A stretch of 64,000 bases of DNA from Eutreptiella sp. 'Long Island Sound 2002' (lineage: Eukaryota; Protista; Euglenida): NCBI GenBank assembly GCA_964036045.1, contig OZ038378.1, forward strand, positions 199,144,001-199,208,000, written 5' to 3'. The notes under the pieces are model-generated. The model did no database searches, was not told the origin of the DNA, and was given only the letters and a program-made list of their open reading frames with translations. Position 1 is the first letter of the stretch. Every line of letters begins with the position of its first letter. Below, piece by piece: positions 36,064 to 47,900 of the stretch. The position numbers and the translations under genes were made by a program.

Positions 36064-37014
36064 CTACACGATAGAGATGACGCAGCGAAGTACCGGCGGA
36101 GAGAAAATTTTGAAAATGCGCGGCCAAGTCAAATGCGAACGCCTTGGTTTGAATTTTCAGCGGCAACACCTAGCTCAAAGTAGACGCCATCCTGAAGGGC
36201 TAAGCTAGATCAAATGCGCAACAAAGGGTCAAAACATGAGAACCAAGGGAAATCCATGTTCATGGAAACGCGAACAAAATGCAAAGGGACGCACGAACGC
36301 CTGCAAAGACAATCGGGGGACGAAACCTGTTTCCATAGCATGGGATTGGCCGGACGAATAGGGCGCACCTAAGAATTCGAGATATCTACGTGGGAAACAT
36401 GCCACATCACGACCAAGTTGAACTGCACGAAAATCAAAGCGCATCCGAGCGTCGCAAACTGATAAAGCCAATACGCGAAACCAAAAACAAGACAAGTTAC
36501 GCTACAAAATGTGCACCAAGGCAACGGACCATTGTTGCCTCACCCATGAGGCTTGCTTGCCAAGTCTTTGCCGCTGACCTTAGAAGACGATCGGTTACTC
36601 ACAATACCATTTTCTGAAAGGCATAAAGCGCATGATACACTCTTAGACGTCCAGTTAAAGGGGACACGCACCTGGTTCGATGTGGAGGCGTCAAGATGCA
36701 GTCATCGTATGAAATCAAATGAAAGGTGCTATGTCACTTCCCTCGAACCAACCCCCACCTATTGTGTGTGCTTGGTCGTGGACATTTGTTATGTGCTTTT
36801 TTCTTTTGATAGTTACTAGTCGCCGAGTGTGTTTTTGAGTCCTTATATCTGTTATCAGTCTCACAATTTCTCGACGAACAAATGCCATCACCGACCCCAC
36901 TAGCTAATAACGAAGAAATGTGAGTAGATGACATTTCTTGGCGAAGAACTGTTAGCAGATAACATTTCTTGGCGGAGACATGTTATCACTAGTTTGTTTC
37001 TCCCATCCTTTTAG

Positions 37015-37173
37015 AATCCCTCAATAATGTCCATAAAAGATGCCAAGCACCAAAGCAGAACCACGCCCCAAACCGGAAGTCAAAGCGGAACCTTGCCCAA
37101 AAACCACGAAAGCAACATTCACCCATTAAAGTGGAACCCGAGTCACCACCCAAAATGGACAATCGTCAACTAA
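37015..37173 (+). CDS. Putative host exon (basic/Pro-rich)
   Basis: Strong polypyrimidine acceptor; SLNNVHKRCQAPKQNHAPNRKSKRNLAQKPRKQHSPIKVEPESPPKMDNRQL|gtacat. Confidence 0.4.
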   Translation, partial: NPSIMSIKDAKHQSRTTPQTGSQSGTLPKNHESNIHPLKWNPSHHPKWTIVN

Positions 37174-38516
37174 GTACATATACTATCGGATGATGATTTG
37201 TTAAGCTCACATTCCGCCAAGAAATGTTATCATGTCACATTTCCTGTATAAAGTCGCCCATACGAACCCAACGACGACCCTATGCTTGGTCCTTGAAGGT
37301 GCCGCTACCCTGCAGGGTTGGCCTTTTTGACAACGTGGAGCTTTTGCTCGTTGCTTGTGGCATTGCGTTTTCCAGCAAGGTGATGCGCCTCACATGTCTT
37401 CAAATCGGTCCGACATTACGAATCCCATGGTAAAGTGTCACTTGGCTCCGTTCTTGTGAGAACCAAGCGCAGTGACGGATACGTGGCGGACTAAGTTGTA
37501 CCCATGCGGCAAGTTCAAACATCTTGCCACTTGCACAAGGTGATAGCCAACGTTTCTGCTCCATTCATGCGTAGCACACTAGTGTTCGTCACCAATCTTC
37601 ATTGATGAGGTTTACAATTTATCCATTAATGGTGCTACACTCGTAGTGCTCGGTCCCAACCCATATGACCAGTCATCACATCATCCCGATGCGCAAATTT
37701 GCACAAGTCACCTAAACATTGATTGTACCAATCCCACCCCTCAAGAGTCTGTACACCACCTTACTAAACACGTGTGATTCTTCAACGGAATATTTCGTGC
37801 ACCTTTTCCCGCTCATCACACGTACAGGGGAGAAGGCGTCTTGAGATGGGAGCAGACGGAATAGGGGTCTTGGAAAGTGTTAAATTGATGGTGGGAGTGA
37901 AAGGCATGCCGACGCAAGGGAACGCGAGGGTGGCACAAGACACAAAGGAAGAAGGAGCAAATTCCCTTGAGTCAGCTGAGTATCTCTGGGGCAGAAGGCC
38001 CCGTGTCGTGTCTCGGAGGACTTTCAAAAAGTTTTCCCGGAATTCCTATTCTCGTGGGGCGGATACCATTGATTCCATGCCACCATTGGAGAAAGATAAT
38101 GGTTTAGTGGTCCCTGCAAATCCTTGTCACCCTGACCACGCAGAGTCACCATGAGCCTGTCTTGCAGGTGAGTAGGGGAGGATGTGGCACAGAGCAAAGG
38201 CAACAAGACACGGGCCGGAAGAGTGGACCTCACACAACCCCACCGCCCTTGTGTTGGGAGTGACGCTATGTGCTTGTATGGGCACCTGCTTCCTTTTCCT
38301 AGGGATACCCATGGAGGTTCCAAAAAGCCTTTGTGCCCACACTTCCTTTTCCGAGGGATACCCATGGAGGTTCCAAAAAAAACCTTTGTACCCACACAAG
38401 TGTGCAACGTGTGGCAAGGAAAAAAATTTTCTAGAATTTCCCGCTAAAGTTCTGTGTGTCCCAAGTCCCGAGCCAAACGGCTGGCCCAAATCCATGCTCT
38501 TGACATAGCTTGTTGA

Positions 38517-38655
38517 CCTTTCGGGTGCCTTTTGGATCTGAAAATTTTTCGACTTCTTGATACTCGGCACGTTCGGCGTCTGTCAAGGCACGTGCCAAAC
38601 CCAATTCAACTTGGCAATTCATGGCTCGGTACCGCGAAAAGGGATGTCGCTCGAG
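38517..38655 (-). CDS. Putative host exon, unknown product
   Basis: RHPFSRYRAMNCQVELGLARALTDAERAEYQEVEKFSDPKGTRK|gtcaac. Confidence 0.35.
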
Positions 38656-39612
38656 CACCACTTGTGCTTAGTAGCTATTGCTCTCTTCGGTCTTCCTCCC
38701 AGTCCCGGAGTGCTCATTCGTCCTCATTCGTCGCTTTGGTGCTCTTGTTCCATGTCACTCCTCTCGTCACCTGCGAGGCAGGTGAGTGTGCTCGCTAAGA
38801 TTGAACAAGTGGTAAATTCCATTTCCCACGAAATGCCTTGAGTTTTACGTCCCAATCCTGGACACTGGGGGCTGTACAGCTTTTTTTTCGGATATCGTGT
38901 CAACAAAGTGTGCATGCGGCCCTCCCCGTCTCCAATTCTACCAATGCTATGCTGGAACTGGCACCGGGGGGGACTTGAGACTTGCTTGCGAGTGGTCAAG
39001 GCAACTGGCGACGGGATCCACTTGGAAAATGCAAAAAAAGCTTCTTCACGAACCATCGCTCAAGAATCGTTGTCAGGTGCAGTTGGATCTGGAAGCCTCC
39101 CACAATAATCGCATTAGGCACCGGAACGAACTTTAGTTTGAACGGAAATCAGGCTGTGCGTTTAACCCAAGCTGATATTCCTGCCCCTTCTTCAGTGCCC
39201 AAAATTTCGAAACCAGTGAACCCTATCCCCTGAAACTGTAGTGCAGCTAAAGTTTCGCTGAGAGTTTGACAACTTGTGTGTGGAACACAATACTTGCCCG
39301 CTTTCGCCCCTTTTTTCATGTTGCCACCAGCAGGTGCGACAACAACTTGGAACTGAACATTTCTCACTCAGTTGCGAAGCGCAGTGGACCATGAGTTCTG
39401 AGGTGCCTCGGGATTGTGTGTGTCCTACTTTGCACGGACTGCCAGGTCCAATATAACCCATATTTCCCACTCCTGTGCACTCCGAATTCAGCTTGCGTCC
39501 TTTGGCTGGTATCTCAGAAGGAGAAGAGGTGAGAGGTGGTGACTAAACTGTGTTGTTCTTTTTCGCAGACATCGGACCAGGCCTGTCTCCACTTGTCTTC
39601 TAGACACGCAAG

Positions 39613-40950
39613 ATGCCTCCTAACGACAATGCACAGCCCGCTGAAGCCCAGGGACAAAAGGTTGTTTCCCTGCCTTTGCCAAAAGCTGCTCCCAAAACGG
39701 TGTCCGCAGGTTAGCATCGCGTGCCACAACAGCCCTTGGGATGATTGAACGGGGAGACGTCGGCTTCCAGTGGGAACTGAGACATTGAACAGAAGCAATT
39801 GTTTTCCTGTTCGGGACAGAAACCACACACGAACGCAGCATGTTTAAAATGCAGCAACAACGAATTTTGCGCTGCCTTCTGGTTCCTGCAGAAACAAGGC
39901 AGTGGAGACTTTACGCTCATTTCGCGCTTGTTGTTGACGGACCGGACCGAACCTCCCCTGGCTCGCGACAAGATTTGGCAACGCTATGTTCGGGACAAGC
40001 TCACCGTGGCCACGTTCCAGATTCGATTCCTGTTTCTCGTGGGGTTTGCGGTGGATCTGTGCCTCGCCATCAGACCAGATGAATGGTCCGACAAGTACCG
40101 CTCCAGCCCGAGCTCCCTGATAGAAAACCAGCAAGCGGACACTGTATGCGCTTCCCTCGTGCAGCTGTGCCAAATTGCAGCTTTCCAAGTCTTTCAGCCT
40201 CCGAGTTGCCCTCATAAATTCAGAAAATGGGAATGTTCAATTTTCTGGGGACAAAACGGGGTCGATAAAGGCTCAGTCGTGGGTTGACTGCATGTCAGCA
40301 AACCAAGCACACCAAGAGGGGGGTTTTGGCAAGAAGCCAAGAGGGGGGGGGGGTTCAAAAAGCAAGGGGGGTAGTTTTGGCCGAGTTCTCTGCTTCTTAA
40401 TTGTCTCTGTGCTGCTTGACAACAACGATAGCTCATAATAGCTCAGACATAATGGGTTGAGACTTCAGCCGTGTCACTTGCCCCACAGGCTTATTGGCGC
40501 AATTACAACTATTTCTGGATTTCCTTTGCCTTTGCCATCGTCTCTTCCCTCATCAACCTGGCGTTTTATATCATCACCTTCAAAATGCTCGCACTTTACG
40601 AAGCTCGTAAGTATGTCAACTTGATGTGGATCAAAGCCTTGACGTGGCTGCTGGTCTCTTTCAGCTTCGTGAACCAGACCAATTGGCGTTACGTGTTCGC
40701 CATGGTGTCCATCATCGTTGGAATCGTCCTGGTTTGTGTATGTGCGTATTGTATCTTGAAGTTCGCAAGGTACGACCCCATGCTCAATGATATATCATAT
40801 GCGGAGCTGTGCCGGGCCCGTGTGGATCATGACTGGGAGGAGCAGTTGTCTTTGAAGCCTCTGAACGATTACGCAGAAACTACGACCATCCGCAGGAGGT
40901 GTGCAGGCAATGGGCAGGGAGAGCATTCATGGACGGGGGGGAGTTGTTAG
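39613..40950 (+). CDS. Three-exon membrane protein gene (about 39613-39709, 39839-40143, 40488-40950), family unassigned
   Basis: ctag|acacgcaagATG start (MPPNDNAQ...) and GT-AG junctions in compatible phase. The last exon has about 3 hydrophobic helices (FWISFAFAIVSSLINLAFYII; WIKALTWLLVSFSF; YVFAMVSIIVGIVLVCVCAYCIL) and a TAG stop. Confidence 0.65.
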
Positions 40951-41907
40951 CCCAGAATGGGCGCAACGCCGTGACCGCTCAGCAAATGGTGATATGGCAC
41001 ACCTAAGAGAACAAAAAGTCGTGACATCAAAACCCACTTGTGGTAGAACATTATAAGGGGCAGTAATAAAAGTGTACGGCTCCAAGCGAAGGCAAACGCG
41101 GTCAGTGGACTGGACATTAGTCATAGGCTGTGACACAATGGAAAACCCTTTGATTTGGAAAAGGTGTGCTGACATTGCAGCCAACAGAGTTTCAGCATTG
41201 CACCGCCGGTCTTTCTGCCAAAATATTTTGGTGGTTGCTTGCACGTTTAGCAACATCCCCCGAATGCCGTGTTGGAGTTGGTTGTTTTTTTGGTGCCACG
41301 GGCCATCATCGTCAGTGTTGAACACACGCAATGCCACGTGTTGCAGGGACCTCACATTGACACTGGGAGCCCATGACCATTGCCCCCCCCCCCCCCAACG
41401 GAGTGCATTACCTCTGGTTTGCATTTGTCTGTATTTTAATTAGGTCACACCCCCCCCCCCCAACGAAAAACGATTGCGATGGTCTGTCCGGCACCAAGTT
41501 CCCTGGGTAAGACCAACGAAGAAAAAGTGGCCGCATTTAAGATGCCTCGACATGGCCTGGTCGCCTGCCACATTTGCCGCTAGGATTACGCGTGGATTAC
41601 ATGTCTTACAATCCATCAAACAGCTCAAAGATGTCTGGTTCGGACAGCAGGCCACACAACACCTCGTTGTTGTGCTGTGGGATTGACTTACAAAAGCCTT
41701 GAAAGGCAGGAACAGCATCGCACTGAGGAGCCAGTGCAAGGCATCCATATCTGACCTCTTTACACAAGCATGCCAGGGTACCACTGTGGTATTGAGATGT
41801 AATGAGGCAGGTTTTTCCTCGTTTGGGGGGTTCGCTTTTTATCTGGTTACTGCCGTGTCTCATTCGATTCATCTGTGCGTACATGAGTCGCCTGTGCGCA
41901 CATGCAG

Positions 41908-44900
41908 GCTGTTCCGCCTGCATAATCGAGGAAAGAAGTCAATGATGGCGCTGCTGGTGGTCATGCTGTTGTTCGTGGTGCTTCTTATCGCTTATGAGTT
42001 CACCAAAGTGATATCCACCGAGCCCCGGCGGATGGCCCGCAGTGTCATAGATACTTCCCCGACAACGAATATTACCTCCCGGTGTGTTTTGGGGATTCTG
42101 CGTCGATTTTTGCACCCAGGAAGGGAGTTTAATCTCGTTGCTGGGTTCTTTGTGCCCGGAGGATCTGAGTGCCTGAGGATACTTACATGTTGTGTCCGAA
42201 TCGCCACCCGTCTGTCTGCAGGACTCAAACCTCCACCAAGGTCTACGTCGTGGTTTTGTCAGGCTTGCAGTACGACATGGTCTCCTCCAACAATGATTTG
42301 TCAAATTTTGTGTCATCACTTTCCCCAGATTCGCTGTCGTGGGTGATGGACAGTGCCCTTCCCAGTACCTCTTTGCCCAACTGGGTCACTATGGCCACAG
42401 GTATTTTGTCAGCATCGGCACTCATACCACACCTGCCCTCGTTGCAAGACTGAGTGCTTCTTGGGTAAATCGGCACAGACCTCTGTCAAGGTGCCAGGAA
42501 TGTGCCCAGCAATGGCGGCTGGCAGTGAAATAGTGCAGTATTGATGGGTGATCAATGGTGGTTGATGGCTAGCACACAAGGATTGGCCAGTAGTCAACTG
42601 GCGCTTGCGCGGCGCAACGAAGTTCAGCAATTTCTCGTTTCCTGGCCTTCCTGCATCTCCTCCTCTTCACCCGCTTTTCTACCAGGGGTGTCCCCTGAGA
42701 ACACTGGCATACTTGGCGACTGGGCCTCTTACGACCTGTTGCGGCTGATGCCCTTCAAAACCATCAATGAGATGACCACAGCTGTAGCAGCCACCAATGG
42801 AGTGACGGGGTCTCCGGAATGGATCCAGTTCCTTGGCAACAGTGCTCCTGCCCTGTACAAGGACGGGACAGTAAGGTTCAATGAAACGGAGGATATTGGA
42901 TCGTGGGCCACTGATCAGATGAGGGGTAACGTCACGCTCGATGCGATGGCAGCCAATTACACCTTCTTTTGGTCTGAGCTCGGCAATATCGCTTACCAGG
43001 TCTGTTTTCCAAAGCAGCAGATCATTCGGTTTGACCAGAATGATTCTGATTCGATTTGGGTTTCCGTGTGTAGTTGGGGTTACTCTGCAGTTTTGGCGGT
43101 GGCAGGGTATGAGTTCTTTGCCCTTGGTGATCAACGCAAGAGGGAGGGGACTATGTACCCCGTTGTCACCAAATGATCACCTTACAATAGCCCAAGGGTC
43201 CCCAGGGGTCTTTGGGGGTCACAATTTTGCCATGAACCCATGCCGGCCTGAAAACGGCGAAGTCCTCACCGCTGGGGCCCCAAACGGGAGCTGGTCTTAG
43301 AAAATCAGATATAGCACCTGACCCCCGTCATTGGTGAGGAGGTTTATATAGAAGACAAAAATGGGATGAGACATGAGTCTGAATCATCGCACAAAGGCGG
43401 CTACAAGCCAACCAAATTTTGCCCACCACGGTGCAAACAAGCCCCAAAATGGCGCTTTCGGGGCCAATAAGCACCACTTGGGGCGTAATTGGTGGGGCCC
43501 CGAAGGGGGGGGGGGGCAATTTTGGAAATTGCAGATAGCACCTGGACCCCCATCATTGGTTGGGGGTCCATTTAGAAGAAACAGGTGAACAAGAACCAAG
43601 GTCTGAGTCAACGTACAGTGGTGGCTTTCGGCCAACCAAGTTTTGCCCGGAGCAGTGCAACATAGCCCAAAGCGACACTTTTGGGGGCCAATAAGGCAAA
43701 TGGAGATGGCACCCAGGATCACCGTCATTGGTTTGGGGGTCCATATAGAAGAAAAAAGTTAAAATGGGGCCAGGGTCTAAATCGGCGCACAGTGGCAGCT
43801 TTCAGCCAACCAACTTTTGCTCATTTTTGTGCAAATAAGCCCAAAATGGTGCTTTTGAGGGCCAATAGCTACATGCCTCCCCATTGGTTTATAATGGTTG
43901 GGGGAGATGCGAGTTTGGGGGTATTCTTAAATGCCCCGTTCAAGTCTTAGCATTTCGAACATGGGGGGGCATTCCCCGCATTGCACCCCTCCACCCTCCT
44001 GTACCCGGGTGTCACTTTTTGGGGAGGGGCGGGGTGTGGGGTCCAGGGGGGTGAGGGTCACAACCTTTTTGCAGGTCCTGAACAATTTTTTCCTTGTACA
44101 TGGACCCCGGACTAACGGCGAGGGTGAGGGGTCCGAACTGCAAGTCCCCCCCCCATTTTCATGCTGGCATGCGCCGGCTGAAAATTTTCGAAATTCGATT
44201 TTTTCCCGTAACATTTCTGTTGCCCTTTGGGGAAAACCGAAAAACCAGCAATTTTGGGGTTTTTGGGGGCCCATGGCCCGGGCTATATGGGCTTAGCAGC
44301 CACTAGATGGGTCCCCATGGGTGGTCGAGTACCCGTATTGTCAGCAATCCAAACCCTATTTAGTGGCACATGAAAATCAGCTCACAGAAGTTATTAGATC
44401 AAAGCCATGCAGGCCTGCAAAATGGGGAAAGCGCCACCTACGCCCCCCCCCTTTGGGCCTATTCGCATACCCTACCCCAAGGGGTTGAATTGTTGCTTCA
44501 CAACCCTTTGTAAAATCATGGCATTTTCCAATAAATGCATCCCCCAGTGATTTTTGGTTGGGGGAGCCATTATGCAAATGGACATGATGAATGATTGCAA
44601 AATCAGCCATTTGGGCGTTCAGTGCTCGGGGAGGATCCTCTGCGATGTGGACTTGCCAAAGTCAATTGGGTTTTCTGCATCATTTGCATCCCAATGTTTT
44701 TTTGCCGTGAATCCCAGTGGATCCCACACACAATTACCATGAATCGCCTGGAATCCCGAGAAATCTTTGCTTTCTGTCCTGCTTTGTGGAGGATTCTTTT
44801 CGGTGCAGTGCTATCTAAAGCAACGAAACAAATTTTCTCTCAAAGGCCTGTTTTCTCTGGGTGCATCGCATGAAGTCATACCATGTGTGTGTGCACAGGC

Positions 44901-47900
44901 AAAAAAAACCGCAAACACGTCATCAATCACACACCGTTATTCGTTGAGGAGCTCCGCACTACACTATCCTGCTAAAAAGTTCCACATCCAAACTGGCCTC
45001 ATTTCAACGCCCAGAAATAACAACCCCATGTGCATACCCCACACTCCTGTCTTTTTTTTGGGATTCACAGGGATTCACAGGGACACATTGTATTTGGATA
45101 CAGATATTTGTTGGTTTGGTTGTGCAGACACATGCAGCGATCCCTGCTCTTCTATGACTGGTTATTTGAACCCCCTTCTGGAACACATGAATACCACTCT
45201 TTCTTCTGGGGGTGGTCTGTTTCCCTTTTCCTGTGGTTTTTCCTGTTTCTGTTTTCCGTCGTTTCAACAATCTCATCTTCTTTGTAGATTTCCGACGTTT
45301 TCTTTTTCAATGTGCACAGGCACACCAGAAAAATGTCAGTACTGAGCAATGTTGTAGAAGAGAGAACAGTCTGTCGCGCATTCAAGGATCGAGTCAATGT
45401 TTGCTCATTTTTTGTTCTGTTCCTCTGCATTGTGGCCGCCAGTTTGGTTCTGTTCTTGAGGGTGAAATCATACCTACCATCATCCACCCAGCCCATGTCA
45501 CTTGTATATTTATAGTTTGCATTTCTGCTTGCACAACGTGTGCCCTGGAGAAGTGACTAGGAGATGGAGTTGCCGCTTTCCTTCGCCTTTGCTCAGGGAG
45601 ATGAAGAGGGTTATGACAGCAGTGAGTATTCAACAGCCATCAACCAAGCTGTCACACAGTTGGACGCATTCAAAAGTTATGCGGACACAGATTCCAACAT
45701 CATCCTCATCATTACTTCAGACCGTGGTCAAGTCAAAGAGTCAGGCTCAGGTGGGGCCCAGCGCAAGAATCGTGAGGTTTGTGTGTACTTAGCATATTGG
45801 CAGTATTTGGGCACTGCCCTGGACGTTGCAGTTGGCTGCACAGTTCAGTGCACAGTTTCTTCGTGCTTGAACACAGGCGAGACAGAAGCTGCGTTACACT
45901 CAGCGCTGGTCATCACAACACTCGGACGTACCAAAAATGTTGCACGACGCCTTAGGGGGCGATCAAATGCATCAGTGAAGGATTGGGTGGTCTTCCCTAT
46001 GACAAGATGCAAAACACAAACAGCACCTGCACCTGCCCTCATTGTTGTTCTTCGCGTCATATTCCTAGATTAGGAACTTTCAACTGGGCGGGGCTTCATC
46101 AGTCATCAGAGCTCCCTCGATGGGGGCCGATCTGGGCTGGAGGCACAATTGACTGGGCCTCTTGGGCCCACGAGAATAGGGCGCCAGAGCAATCATTCGT
46201 TGGGCGGGGCTCAATCGACTACCACGATCTTTCCCTCCCTCCCTCCCTCTTTCGTGCCTCCTTTCTTCCCTCCATCCTTTCTCCTTTGCTCCCTCCCTCC
46301 ACTCTTCCTCCAACACCCCTCCACCACCACCAGTTCGATCATGAATTTCCCCCCCGGCGCATGCTGGGATATGTGGGCCAGCAGAAGCAAGTGGCAAAAC
46401 CCGCATCCTGCTACTACACCAATACCCACACCATAAGCCTGGGTGGTGCGCATGCCACGCGGGAGGATGGACGTACAATACACACACTACTGGACACAAG
46501 GGGATAGGGGATGTGGGTGGGGGGAAATGAGATGTGCTTGCCACAAGTAGGACTGAGCGTGGGAAAGGGCAGGTTGCAGGTTGTTGTGTGCCCCTGTCGT
46601 GGAATTGACCCCGCAAGTGGACATCCCAGGGCCCAATCGCCGCCGTTGGGGAAAGTTCACCAACCACCGGTATGGGGGTGTCTACCTGGATGCACCTGGC
46701 AAGTGGCGAGGGCCGTTGCCCTCCTCCGTGTGGACCCGACACAGAGCAGTGAAACGGGGACAGTCCAGGGGCTCCATTGGCATAACGGAACAAAAGGCTG
46801 TAGCGAGGTAAGGCCAGACAGGGAGAGCAAGGGCACTAGGTGGTGAGAGGCTGATTGGCACCACCACCTACGGCAGGAAGAGGTTCAAGGACAGGGCAAC
46901 AGGCGCCGCCAGCTTCAGACAGCAATCCATCCAGGCATCCCCCACCCCCCGTTGTACTTCCCACTCTCTCTGTGGGCATGTGCCCTCAAAACACGAAGCG
47001 CCATCTGAACCACTGTACCTGCAAGGGGTGTTTTTGTCACTGGTCATTTTTCCCTTTTCAGAGGCAGGCTGTAGTCCCCCCCCCCCCCACACACAACACT
47101 TGAAAGTCAGGGAACCCCCATCCCAGTGTATTGTATGGATGCCATGTGGTAGACGGATTTCTGTGCCATGTTCCATTCGGATAATTCTCCAGTTGCCCTC
47201 TGTAAACCCTCTGTAGCATCTGCCCTCATTGCACCGCAGTTGTCATGCCCCCCCAGGCCTTGGGATGAGTGACACAAGCCACTATCAACAGGATCAGCTG
47301 CGGTGGTTTCAGTGGCAACACACCAAAAGATCGTCTGACTGGGCCAGCACAGGGGACATGTGCCAAATTGGGGCTGGGATGCTGGGCACCTACATTTTTT
47401 CTCATTCTGGGCCAGGTCTCCGTTCCAACGTGGGTCCAAGAAGGCAGGGCTGGGAGGTGTTATCTGCATCCTGACACTCTGCCTCGAAAGCATCATGCAA
47501 CCCCACAAAAATCCTGCTTCACTCGCATCGACGTGTTTTTCTTGTCCCCAGAATGTGTGCTTGTATGTGTGCATGTGCTATGTCCCAGGTGCCATTCATA
47601 GTGTATCAGAACGGCAGCAATTTGACCCAGCTCTCTGGGTGGTGGTCGGATGCAACAAGAAATTGTGCCGATCTGAATTTCGATACGGATTATGACAACA
47701 CTGTCATCGCCCCAACTTTGGCAGCACTGTTGGGGACACAAGTGCCATGGCAGGCAGAGGGAGGTTTCTTGTATGAGACATTGGCGCTGTTGGCAAATCA
47801 GGTCCATATGCGTGTGTGAAGGCAGTTGTGGTCACCTGTGTCAACCTCACATACCTTCCTCCCATGCCCCTCCAAAAATGGTCAAAGAAGCCATTCTTTT

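Noticed and set aside
45081-45290. Alternative exon starting GHIVFG that would restore the GH ligand of the phosphodiesterase domain
   Set aside because: It lacks the following GxxSxEY and SDxG motifs and runs into a stop, whereas exon 45597-45776 aligns fully. It is still worth checking in RNA-seq.
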